Below, piece after piece: positions 25,513 to 37,346 of a stretch of 64,000 bases of DNA. Below the pieces are notes generated by a model. The model was given only the letters and a program-made list of their open reading frames with translations. It did not search any database and was not told the DNA's origin. Position numbers and translations under genes: made by a program. Source of the DNA: Sphyrna mokarran (Eukaryota); the NCBI GenBank assembly GCA_024679065.1, contig JAGIQG010000003.1, positions 100,068,001-100,132,000 of the forward strand, given 5' to 3'. The stretch's first letter is position 1; each line of letters opens with the position of its first letter.

Positions 25513-26199
25513 TTAACTATTTCACCAGAGCCAGTTGTGTCCTCAGCTGTCAAGGCTTTAAGCTTTTGAATTCCCTCATTGAACTGCCTCCCTCCACAAA
25601 GAACCTATCACTTCTAAACTATTGGCCATCTACACAAATATTGCCTTATGTGACTTAGTCCATATTAGGCAATCATACAGGGCTCCTGTTCCTGTTCATT
25701 GTGTGTAGATACTGATGAGAACAGGACCAGGTTTAGCTCTAAACTCCTCCACAGTTTGACTTCCTGCCATCAATCACTATGAAAACTAATATATGGGCTA
25801 CCTTCATTGACGTACTACACTGTTTCCCACGGATTGATAAATTGGGAGAGGAAATCAATGCCTTCATCAGAGAAAGGGAAGGGAGAAAATTGAAGGATTA
25901 TATTGGAGAAAACAAAGTTTTGTGATTGAAAAAAATCTGAACTTACTTGACTCCGTTTCGAATAGCAGCTGAATTGGTAATCTCGTTCAAGCAAAGTGGC
26001 TGTTATGCAAAATGGAACATTTGCAGGTATATTTATGTCAGTAAGACCATGATGTTTTGTATAATACATGGAGCTAATTTCAATTTACAGGTATTCAGAA
26101 CAAACTACTACATAACTGATTTACTGAGGAATTGGTAGAGTTATCAGGAACCAATCTGTACATTTTCAATTAAGATTGTAATATATAACAGAGCAGTGT

Positions 26200-26692
26200 A
26201 AACATAGCCCACAGGAGCAGGAGTAGGCCATTTAGCCCTTCAAGCCTGCTCCATACAGTATGATCATGGCTGATTTGGTTGTGGTGTAAGCTTCACTTTC
26301 CTATATGCCCCACATCCCATAATCCGTGACTTTTTTGTCTCTCAAAAATCTATCCAACTCAGCATTGAATAGAATTAAAAATCCAGCCTCCTTTACTTAC
26401 TGGGTAGAAAATTCCAGATTAAAAACCCTCAATAAAGTAATTTCTCATTCTTCCAATCCGAACTCTAATTAAATAAGAAATCTTGCCTGCTCAACTTTCC
26501 CTCCTAAACCAAGCCTTTCATCATAGGAATCAGCATTGTGACCTTCTCTGAACTTTTTTCCTAATGTGACTATATACCTCCTATCGTAAGAAAACCAAAA
26601 GTATATAATTAATTCAAGTGGCTCTATACAGCTGTAGCAAGACCTCCCAATTTTTAAACTCAATTCCCCTTGCAAGAAGAAACAAAAACTGC
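26200..26692 (-). mobile_element. CR1 3' fragment
   Basis: caggagcaggagtaggccatttagccc tail; minus strand ARGIEFKNWEVLLQLYR. Confidence 0.8.
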
Positions 26693-29208
26693 TCAATCCA
26701 TCCCAGCATCCTCAATGGACACAGGTTCCAGACAACACCTAAACCTGAAGGAAGTTGCATGTGATTGAATTGTCCGCTTTTATTCCAATTATTATTTATT
26801 TCTTTATCTCTGTGCATAAGTTGATCCACCTGTCATATGTTTTAAAGATGTTTTACACTTGTACTGGCAGTTGTCCCTCTAAGTAAAACGAACAACTGCA
26901 AGACCATCTGGGCTGGATAACGTTCTGCCCACATACCAAGCCAATGAGCATAGACAGAATAAATACAACATGTGGTGTTTAATGTTTTACAAGTCAGATG
27001 GGTTTTCAACTCAACCTTAGAATCATAGCAGTTGTGTTTTGACATAATTGCACGTTATGTAAAGTGACTTTCAGGCTCCGTGCACATTAGAATTGTAAAT
27101 TATTTAGTAATCTAATTGCTAAGCTTGTACTACATTTCAGTTGGTGAATGCTAATGGTTTTCACCTGTAGACTATTTTATTTTAATATAACACAGAACAC
27201 ATGTAAATACAATCAAAATATGACAAGATACAGATGTACATATCTAATTCTCTCATGATGAGATCTTGATCTCAGTCAGATTAACAGACTAAATGTTGGA
27301 TGGAAATCAAGATCTTCTTCATAGTTTAGAATAAATACTCGTGTTTGAATTTCGTTACACACCCTAATATTTACACAGTAACAGAGGCTGGAACTGGGTA
27401 CTTGTATACCCCCTTAATGAGTTAACTAGTGGGTTATGGAACTGAGAAGGTTTAGCTGGTTCTGCCTAACTCAATAAGTAGCGTGGTCAGTATAAGTTTC
27501 TTTAATCAGCTCACCTATTGTCTTCACTCTGCTCTTCAAGGCATTGGCTTCTTATTGAGCATGATTGGATCAATATTAGTTATCTTGTCCCATTTAGTAA
27601 TTGATATTGGAAGATGAGTATACAATTGAATCCAATAGAATTGTCCTAAATTGATATTAACACACACTTGTGCTTCCAACAGGGGCCAGGTTACTGAATA
27701 TGACTGCACACAGGAATCTTGACGTACTTCATTCTTGCAAACGCAGAGCCAGTGGGGCTAGATTTGGGCTTCTTACTACCATCCCAGATGAGATCATCAC
27801 AAATCTCTGCAATGACACTACAACCCTAGCATTGGCGCTGAATTCTTTCACTAATTATAGCCATTGAAAATGGCCATTGAGATTAATCTTCACATCACCA
27901 ACCCAGATTTGGAAACAGGTCCCAATTAAGTGGAAACTCTGTGAAGGGTGCCTCTCTTCACTTCCCTTTGAAGTTAGCTCAGGCCATGACATCCAATTTC
28001 AACTGCAAGTATTTTGTGTTGGTGTGAAACTGAATTGTAATCACTTTGCCCCAACATAAACACAAATTTCGGAATTCCATGTTCCTGAGATAATAGATTG
28101 TTTGGCAATAGAATATTGAGGGAAATTGGGCAGAGAGGATTATCCACTGAAAGGGAGTCCATCCAGTTTGTTGCACACTATTTTAGAAACTGATTGGTTC
28201 ATGAGCAACACCCAGTCAGGATTTTCTTTCAGACTATCATTCCAATCACTGAAGTGTTATGACCTTAAAATGTATTTTAAACTTATAGTATGTTTTTCTC
28301 AATCATAATTATACCACACATAATATTCTGATAAAATGCTTTATGTACAATAATATGTTGCTTTCCAAATCAATTGCAGCATTAAAGGCAAAGTTTTTCT
28401 ATCTCCAAAAGCAATTTTTGATTGTGCAATTTGTCTTTGTAAATAAACAGCAGCTGAGGAGTGACACGGAATATTTTCTGTGAGTGCTGGTAATCTAGAA
28501 AATATGTCACTGCTCCAAGTAAATAAAAGGAATATTTTTGTTGGTATATATTGATTTGTCCGTAATAGCTTCCATTTGCTCTTATTTTCACTACAAAAAC
28601 AAACACTTATATAGTTGACCTCCTATCTGAATATCTGATTAAAACTGTGATAAAATATTTACAGATTGCCCTTAAATATAAAATGCAGATGCTCTAATGC
28701 GTTAGTCTGTCATTTGACTCTCTGCTATTTTAGTAAAGGCATTATCCCATTGAAAATAAATCGGTCATCACTGCTGCTAAAACAGCTGAGAGCAGAGTTG
28801 TACACCACTGTGGTAAGCATTTCTATGACAACAGTGTTCTTGGCACAACCTAGTGGAAAGTCATGGTATAGAATTACAATGCTCGGTCAAAAAGGATACA
28901 ATCAACAAATGTCCTCTTTATTATGATGCTGACAGAGACAGCTAATTGTAATCTTACTGATAAATCTTATTCATAGTGTGTTTCATAAATGTACCTTGCG
29001 TCAATGCACTAGACATACTGTCAATTTAATGAGTTTAATTTGATGACGTTTTTGTTGTGTAAAAATCATCTTCAAACTTCTTTACTTTTCCTGGGAAGTT
29101 GATGCTGTTGGATATTGTATAATTATCTATAGCACCAAAGTTCCCAGGAAAAAATAGAGGTTTGATGATGGTAATGTTATACAAATGTGTTATCTTAACT
29201 AGAATATA

Positions 29209-29525
29209 GGGCAGCACGATGGCACAGTAGTTACCACTGCTATTTCAAAGAGCCAGGGATCCGAGTTCCACTGCCAGCTTGGGTCACTATCTGTGTGAAG
29301 TTTGCATGTTCTCCCCATGTCTGTTTGGGTTTCATCCAGGTGCTCTGGTTTCCTTCCAGAGTCCAAAAGATGTGCTGGTTAGGTACACTGGCCATGTTAA
29401 ATTCTCCCTCAGTGTACCCAGACAGGTGCTGGAATGTGGCAACTAGGGTATTTTCACCTAGGGTAAATTCATTGCAATTGTTAATGTATGCCTATTTGTG
29501 ACACTAATAAATAAAAATAAATAAG
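29209..29525 (+). mobile_element. V-SINE with type B tail
   Basis: gggcagcacgatggcacagtagtta head, V-core, ...ttcattgcaattgttaatgtatgcctatttgtgacactaataaataaa. Confidence 0.85.
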
Positions 29526-30211
29526 AATATTACCAATAATTTCTGCAATACATGATTATTAACAAGATTTTATTTTAAAATTAAAATGACTTTTTATTTA
29601 ATAAGAGGTAACAAACACTGAAATCAGAATACAATGGCATAACCAAGTTACATGATAACTTCACACATCACAGATTTGTTACAGTGCAGGAGGACGACAT
29701 TTGGTCCATTGTGTATGTAAGAACTCGCCAAATGAGCATCATGACTTAGTGCCATTCCCCTGCCTTTTCCCCATACTCCTACACAGTGCTTTTACTCAGG
29801 TAATCATTTTTTGCCCTTTTGAATGTCTTGATCAAACCAGCCCTAACCACATTTCCAGACAGTGCATTCCAGACTTGACTTTTTTTTTCACATCACATTT
29901 ACTTTTTTTGCAAATCATTTATATCTGTGTTTTCTCATTTTTGATTCTTTTAGAAAGGAAAACAGTTTCCCTCTATCTATTCTGTACAGCCCCCTTCTGA
30001 TATTGGACATTTCTGTCAAATGACCTCTTAGCCTTCTTCTCTCCAAGGAGAGCAGTTTTCCCTCTGCAATCTATCTTCATAACTGAAGTTTCTAATCCTA
30101 AAACCATTCTTCTAAGCCTCTTCTGCACTCTCTCCAATGTGTTCACATCCTTACGATAGTTTGGGGTCCAGAACTGTAGACAATATTCCAGCTGAGGTCT
30201 GGACTAACTAG

Positions 30212-31392
30212 TGTTGCAAAGTTGAGCTGTGAAGTTGGAAAGTGATGTTGATAAGGATGTAAAAAACTATAAGAATGCTAGAAGAAAAAACATTGCATGA
30301 TCCCTTTAAGAGCTGGTTTTGTTTCAGTGCTCGGATGTTTAAAATGCAAAGTACATCCAAAGTCCAAGCTGAAATATTTGTATCAAAAAGTCAAACAGTA
30401 GTCTTGACAGAGACAACCTGGTGTTGTTTGAATTTTGCCCAATTTAAAGCTGGCACTCAGCTACCAAGAACCTATAAGATTTGAATTTGGTGATGTTGAA
30501 AAAATCAGACCAATTCTTATTGAAGGAAAATTGATAGGTCATCACAGATATAAAATAGAATTCAAGAGTGAAAAAACAGGCAATAGCAACTGCTACCTCT
30601 CAAGCCTTGAGAGGGAGAGGAGAAATGCCAGTTGCCAAGAGCTGAGAGTTCTCAGCTCTCAACTCTGTCGACTTAAGAGAACCCGCCATTTAACCAGTGA
30701 AAGGTACCAAAATCAAGAAGAACTTATAAATAGAGATATCAACTGACAAACTCCAAAAAGGTTCTGAAAGAATGAAACCTGATTTTTTATTTTTGAGTGG
30801 CTGAATTCTTTTTTTTTGGTTAATGAATGGATCTTATCTTTATTTGAGCACCACATCAGTAGAATCTTATTTGGTATGTTATTTGTTTAACATTTGTCAC
30901 ACAAGTAGGTTTTCATTAACACTGCACTGAAGTTACTGTGAAAATCTCCCTAAGTCTGGTGCCTGTTTAGGTACACTGAGGGCGAATTTAATATGATCAA
31001 TGCATCGAACCAATGCATCTCTCAGACTGTGGGAGGAAACTGGAGCAGCCAAAGGAAACCCATGCAGACTTGGGAAGAACATGCAGACTCCGCAGTTACA
31101 GTGACCAAGCTGGGAATTGAATCTGGGTCCCTTGCACTATGAGGCAGCAGTGTTAACCACTGTGCCACTGTACCACCCATGTTTAGTTAAAATTGCCTGA
31201 TGATTAAATACAATTAAGTGTTATGTGTTCATTTTAAAGTGAGTGTCAGGTGTTTCTGTTAGTTAACCACTAAACATCACTGAAAGACAGTTCACCTTCC
31301 CACACATTTTTAACAGATTATGAGGCAAGATATTCTTCTTTGGGAGATTCGGCATTACTTCTCAAAAGGAGGTCAATCTCCATATCATAACA
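30212..31392. mobile_element. Probable solo LTR
   Basis: TGTT...AACA termini precisely interrupting the CR1; flanks ctag/ttaa could be a degenerate 4-bp TSD; no coding remnants. Confidence 0.55.
30875..31180 (-). mobile_element. V-SINE with type B tail nested in the putative LTR
   Basis: gtcacacaagtaggttttcattaacactgcactgaagttactgtgaaaat ... gaggcagcagtgttaaccactgtgccac. Confidence 0.85.
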
Positions 31393-32402
31393 TTAATGTC
31401 TTGAACAAGTTCAAAACCTCCTTGCTCTTGTAATCTATATCAATAAGTACAAAATATTATCTGCTTTATTAACTGCTCTCTCGACTTGCACTGTTACCTT
31501 TAATGATGTATGCATATATAAACCCACATCCCTCTCCTATTGCATCCCATTAAGAATTTTACAACTTATTTTATATTGTCTCTCCATGTTTTTCCAACAA
31601 AAATGTATTACCTCACACTTTCCTACTTTGAACTTCATCTGCCACCTATCTGTCCACTCCACCAATATGTCTATGCACTTTTGAAGCTCTATACTGTCCT
31701 CTTCACAATTTACAATGTTTCCAAGGTTTGTGTATCTGTAACTTTGAAATTGCACTCTATGGAAAATCAAGCGTTCCAATAACAAATACAAACCTTCCTC
31801 CAGCCCAAAATATATCCATTGACCATTACTCTCTCCTTCCGATTATTCAACCAGTTTTGTATCCACACACTGTTTCTTTGACTGCTAATTCTATACCAAA
31901 TAATTGTTTCTAGAAGCTTGCCCACAGCTGATTCTAAACAGACTGGACTATAGTTACTGGGGCTATCTTATAATTTTCTTTTGAACAAGTGCATAACATT
32001 TGTAGTTCTCTGGTCTTCTGGCACCTCCTGAGTCTAAAAACACTGGAAGATTATGGCCAGCACCCCTGCAATTACATTTGCACTTTCTTCAATGTCCTTA
32101 GATATATATCATTTAGTCCTGGTTCCTTGTTAATTTCCTTATCAATTTTGCACTCCTGCTGGAAACTTGGTGCTACCATGTCAATTCTATGAATGAAATA
32201 TAGGACTAAGCATGTTCAATGCTAAAGTTATCTTTGAACACAGCAGGGGGCTGAACAGTGTTCTCTTGGTAACACGTAGTGCAATCAACCTTCTGTTCTC
32301 AAAGGCAGTCTCTCCTAAAAACAAATTGCATTGGTTAAAAAAGGGCTGCTATGGAACGTACATTGGGTGTGTTGCTGGAGAGCTTGATTCTCCTTTCAAA
32401 AA

Positions 32403-32462
32403 TACACACACACACACACCCCTGCATCTCTCTCTCACAAACACACATTTCTTTCATACACA
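32403..32462. repeat. (CA)n/(CT)n microsatellite
   Basis: acacacacacacacac...ctctctctcacaaacacaca. Confidence 0.8.
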
Positions 32463-33498
32463 TGCTCATGAGTGTGCCCATCAGAAGTCAATGCAGTGTG
32501 AGAACCCCTGGATAAGCCCCATAGAGCCAAGGTTTCATAGAACCCAGTTTGGGAAACACTGGGCTTCAGGAAACATCCTAAAGCATAAAATCTTATTATT
32601 CCATCCATTCAGCTATTAAAGGGAAGTTTGAATTCCTTATCAAAAATTCTTGATGTCTATGGGGATTGTAATAAGTCTCACAAGAAGTCTAATAACCTAA
32701 GGCAAGTGGACTGCATCAGTGAATCATCACATGACACCTGCTACCCATCAGACCACAACCTCTCATGGACCATACCCTCACTCACACAGTAAAGATAGTC
32801 TGTACCAGTTCATTAGATAATGATGTCACAAGTTCTGGCATCAGCAGATAAGAACTTGAATGAAGTAACACAGAATGTTGATAGGCATGCACACCAAGAT
32901 GCCAAGTGAATTATCTGACCTGCCATACAGCCTCCTGTCACTGGTAAGGAGCAGAGAAGAGCCCAGTTCCAACTTGGCAGACAGCATATTATGCAAAGTT
33001 TGTCCTCAACAGTCTCTGCTACATCAGTTGACCCTGATATACTGCAATTCTGTCACAGTATCGGCTGCAGTTTTTGCATAGACAGGTCATCAAATCCTCT
33101 ATCCTTCATGTGAGAGTGCAGCAATACTCTCCGGAAAATAGTCATTATCTAATGAACTGGCACAAATTAGAACCAGAAAATACAGGAACTCATCATAATA
33201 CCTCCAAGGCACGTGAGTACTTTCACTTTACAAAAGCAGAGGTTCTTCAGATTGCAAAATGGGTGGCTAGTCCTTTCAGCGATGTGAGCAGCTGAAAGGC
33301 TTGATGTTCTGAGAATAACATGAAAATTCATCCAATCGACCTGCTTGACTCAAATTCGGGCAATGTATGTCACTTCAGCAGGTAAGGCTGTGTGATATCC
33401 GAGTCACACCAATTTAATGTGCCACATGGGCACTTTGCCCAAGATGGCACGCTATGCAGGCCATGACAGAAGTGGGCTTTTCAGTGCATAATACAGTT

Positions 33499-33897
33499 TT
33501 ACTTGGAGCTGGTGTACTTGATCATCACTTTTATCCCCTCTGATATGACATGTTTGGCCAGTTCCCCAAGCCAAGGGAACTGGCCAAGCCAATTGGCAGC
33601 AGGCACAGTGTTCTGGATCTCCCGGGTGCTAATGCTATGCCGCCTGTTGCAATGGGTCAAGCAGGAAGCCTCCCCCACAATGCACTCAAAGATGTTGTTG
33701 ATGAAGGACTTCATAGTGCTCTTGATCTTGGAGGAGATGCTGGCATTGGGGTGAACCTGCTTCATTAATTTGTAGGTGGAGATGAAGTAACTGTCCTCCC
33801 TGGACTTCTTCCTCTTCTTGCTGCTCTTCGTTGGTGACTTCTTCAGTGCTTTCTTGCCATCCTTCTTGGAAAATTGCTGCTTTTTATCCTCACCCAT
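33499..33897 (-). pseudogene. Solitary diverged histone H2B copy (open frame, 132 aa, probable pseudogene)
   Basis: ATG at 33897. KKSREDSY..YKLMKQVHP...ISSK...M.SFINNIFE.IVGEAS.L.H.NRR..I..REIQ...GELAKH..SEG.K...KYTSSK* is clearly H2B. Many substitutions are of CpG-decay type (R>C, A>V, T>M). No histone stem-loop after the stop and no other histone genes nearby. Confidence 0.85.
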
Positions 33898-34659
33898 TAT
33901 AGCCTTCAATTTTGGAGGCTGCCAGCATACCCCCCCCCCCCCCCACCATCACCCCACCCATTTCCCTTCACCCCAGCAAAGAAGTGGCATCCATAGACCT
34001 TATCCAGAGATGGAATTCAGAGATGGAATTTGCTCCCAAATACTTTCCTCAAAAACTTCAAGCAAGAAAGACCAACTGGTTCCCCCTGTCTGTCCTATAT
34101 AGCCATAACACTTCGTGCATCAGGACTCAGACACTCTGTACCCATCAAGAACCCTGTATTCTACTGAGGGAAGCAATAATGGAGTTGAAAACTGTTGACT
34201 GTTCCTTTCTAACTCCCACTAGAGTATTGAAACCAGTTCTGGAGTTCACAGTGACCAGGGCTCTGAGTATCTTGTTTAGTTCAACCTGGGCACAGACCAT
34301 TATTGAAGTGAAAAGTTAGGGGCAACTTGTTCCTGATGCTGCCTTGGAACCGAATGCTGGGATCAATATGACAGGAGAGACTCACAAGCTAATTTTGCTT
34401 CCTTTCTCATATCTTTGATGAGGCAGCAAAGGTGAGAGAAACTAAGATCTCCTGCACCAAATTAAAAAAAACCTAACTAGTTCAATTGACAATGTCTTTC
34501 AGTGTTTCTCACATTCTCAACTTTGGTCTGACCTCAGCAAACCAGAAAATCATTTCTTCTATGTAAATCATTTTGTATCTTTATTTGCTAAGGTCTAAAA
34601 GCAACTTCATCAAAATCCTGTACGTGCAATGGTATCCAGTTTTAAAGACAGCTTTAACA

Positions 34660-36260
34660 TGGTGGTTAATAGGGTAGTTAGCACCGCTGTGCTAGGACAC
34701 TAGCAGTGCCAGAGACATGGGTTCAACTCCGGCCTTGGTCTGTGTGGAATTTGCTCATTCTCTCGTGTCTGCATGAATTTCCTCTGGGTATTCTGGTTTC
34801 TCCCACAGTTCAAAGATATGCAGTTAGTTGGATTGGCCATACTAAGTTGCCCGTAAATGAATTGATTGGGGATAGTCAGCATGGTTTTGTGAAGGGTAGG
34901 TTGTGCCTTACTAACCTTATTGAGTTTTTTGAAAAAATGACCAAAGAGGTGGATGGGGGTAAGGCGGTTGATGTGGTATATATGGACTTTAGTAAGGCGT
35001 TCGATAAGGTGTCCCATGGAAGGCTTCTGCAGAAAATGCAGATGTATGGGATAGAGGGTGATTTAGTTAATTGGATTAGGAATTGGCTAGCGGATAGAAG
35101 ACAGAGGGTGGTGGTTGATGGGAGATATTCATCGTGGAGTTCGGTTACAAGTGGTGTACCTCATGGATCTGTTTTGGGGCCCCTGCTGTTTGTAATTTTT
35201 ATAAATGATCTGGATGAGGGTATTGAAGGATGGATTAGTAAATTTGCAGATGACACCAAAGTCGGAGGAGTGGTAGATAGTGAAGAGGGGTGTTATAGTT
35301 TGCACAGAGACTTAGACAAGTTGCAGAGCTGGGCCGAGAGGTGGCAAATGGAGTTTAATGCGGAAACGTGTGAGGTAATTCACTTTGGCAGGAATAACAA
35401 ATGTGTAGAGTATAGGGCTAATGGTAGGACTCTTAATATTGTTGAAGAACAGAGGGATCTTGGTGTATATGTGCATAGATCCCTGAAAGTTGGCAATCAA
35501 GTCGATAAGGTTGTTAAGAAGGCATACGGAGTCTTAGCTTTTATTGGTAGGGGGATTGAATTTCGGAGCCTCAACGTCATGTTGCAACTGTACAAAACTC
35601 TAGTGCGGCCGCACTTGGAGTATTGTGTGCAGTTCTGGTCCCCACATTATAAGAAAGATGTGGAGGCATTGGAGAGGTACAGAGGAGGTTTACCAGGATG
35701 TTGCCTGGTATGGAGGGCAGGTCCTATGAAGAGAGGTTGAAGGATTTGAGGTTTTTTTCATTAGAAAGGAGGCGGCTAAGAGGGGATCTTATTGAAGCAT
35801 ATAAGATGATTAGAGGTTTAGATAGGGTGGACAGTGATAGCCTTTTTCCTGGGATGGAGAAAGCTAGCACGAGGGGACACAGCTTTAAATTAAGGGGTGA
35901 TAGTTATAGGACGGATATCAGAGGTAGGTTCTTTACCCAGAGGGTGGTTAGGGAGTGGAATGCCCTGCCTGCTGCAGTTGTAGATGCGCCAAGTTTGGTG
36001 GCGTTTAAGAGGTTAGTAGATAAGTTTGTGGACGAAAAGGGAATGGTTTAGGTTAGAGGGTCATTGCTTTTTCCTAATTGGTCGGCGCAACATCGAAGGC
36101 CGAAGGGCCTGTTCTGTGCTGTAATGTTCTATGTTCTATGTTCCATGTAAGTGTCAGAGCACCAGCAGAGTAAATACATGGGTTACGGGATACATCCTGA
36201 ATGGGATTGTTGTTGGTGAGCCAAATGGCTTCCTCCTATATTGTAAGGATTCCATGACTT
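34660..36260 (+). mobile_element. HE1-like SINE split into 34660-34856 and 36147-36260 by a CR1
   Basis: Left half ends ctaagttgcccGTAA; right half resumes GTAAgtgtcag...gtaaatacatgggtt...ggattccatga. Confidence 0.85.
34857..36146 (+). mobile_element. Young 5'-truncated CR1 LINE (RT nearly intact, one frameshift near 35678)
   Basis: SQHGFVKGRLCLTNLIEFFE...YMDFSKAFDKV...GSVLGPLLFVIFINDL...KFADDTK...LYKTLVRPHLEYCVQFWSP; (ATGTTCT)n tail; GTAA duplicated at both ends. Confidence 0.95.
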
Positions 36261-36272
36261 TTTCTACTAATA

Positions 36273-36627
36273 AACTCCAGCCTCCCATCCATTGACTCTG
36301 TCTATACTTCCCATTGCCTCGACAAAACAGCCAGCATAATTAAGGACCCCACACACTCTGGACATTCTTCCATCGGGAAGAAGACACAAGAGTCACATAC
36401 CAATCAACTCAAGAACAGCTTCTTCCCTGCAGCCATTAGACTTTTGCATGGACCTACTTTACATTAAGTTGATCTTTCTCTACACCCTAGCTAAGACTGT
36501 AACACTACATTCTGCACTTGCTTATTTCCTTCTCTGTGAATGGTATGCTTTATCTGTATAGCACACAAGAAACAATATGTCTCATTGAATGCTAATACAT
36601 TTGACAATAATAAATCAAATCAAATCA
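36273..36627 (+). mobile_element. Rex1/Babar-like 3' end, same family as 1215-2255
   Basis: ccagcctcccatccattgactctgtcta matches 1911-1938; same aataataaatcaaatcaaatca tail. Confidence 0.88.
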
Positions 36628-36629
36628 GG

Positions 36630-37346
36630 CATAGTACATTCCTCTCTGTTTGCCATTCACATAATTCCCAACAGTAAATATTTTGTTCTCTATTATAAAC
36701 TGTATCTCAGCGGGGGTTACAAGTGATTGAAGTATAGTTATGAAGCAGGACAGAGTGTCATGCCACCTGACTGCTTGGAAGGAACCATCGGAAGTTCAGG
36801 GGTACAGTATTTCAAATTCAGCTGCCAATTTAAAAGTATTCACTGATTCAGCCTTCTGTTATCAGATCTCTTCCCAGATCGAACAAATAATCCCAATAAA
36901 TAACTCTGAGTTCTCAGCACCTTAATGCCCCTTCACCTCCACTATTAACACATTTGCTAGGCTAATATTTACATTGTAAATGCTGGGTTCCCATCTGTTT
37001 TAGGTTTGTGGGTTAGGCTGCCAAGCGAATGTTCTCGAAAACCTCCTATGACCTGCCGACTGAAGGAACTCCAGTTGTAGTGAAATGTCAGAGAGTGACT
37101 GCTGCAGCTGACAGAAGTTTCTGAAAAGGGAGCTGCTCAGGAGGCTGTAGTGCACAGAAATACTTTGGCACAGGGCTGTGCTGAATATAGATCTCCGGCA
37201 GCCAGGGGCTGCTGCATTCCTGCTTCAGGCTGCACTGCGGACACTTTCTCTAAGAGGATCGAGGGACTTCACAGGACAGGGACGGAAAGCTTCCAGCTGA
37301 AGCCCAAAGTTGCCCAGCACTCCTTAGCTGCATTCCAGCAAGCACC
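36630..37346 (+). promoter_or_regulatory. Putative LMOD3 muscle promoter/5'UTR with E-box and MCAT cluster
   Basis: Repeat-free 0.7 kb before the ATG. E-boxes CACCTG 36764, CAGCTG 36819, CATCTG 36992, CAGTTG 37072, CAGCTG(ACA) 37105. MCAT CATTCCT at 36637 and 37215. TATA/MEF2-like CTGAATATAG near 37181. TSS not determinable from sequence. Confidence 0.5.

Larger units (their letters stand above)
29668..32130 (-). mobile_element. CR1 LINE split by a 1.18-kb insertion
   Basis: 29668-30211 is the 3' end; RT sequence resumes collinearly at 31393 (minus strand VNCEEDSIELQKCIDILVEWTDRWQMKF). Confidence 0.8.

Noticed and set aside
1-33000. Terminal exons of FRMD4B, expected upstream of LMOD3 by synteny
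   Set aside because: No recognisable FRMD4B peptide found by eye; a tBLASTn search would be needed to exclude short exons.
34706-35740. 344-aa ORF as a novel reverse-transcriptase gene or RT-based system
   Set aside because: It is an accidental fusion of a SINE half with a 5'-truncated, frameshifted CR1 RT and has no ATG at the called start.
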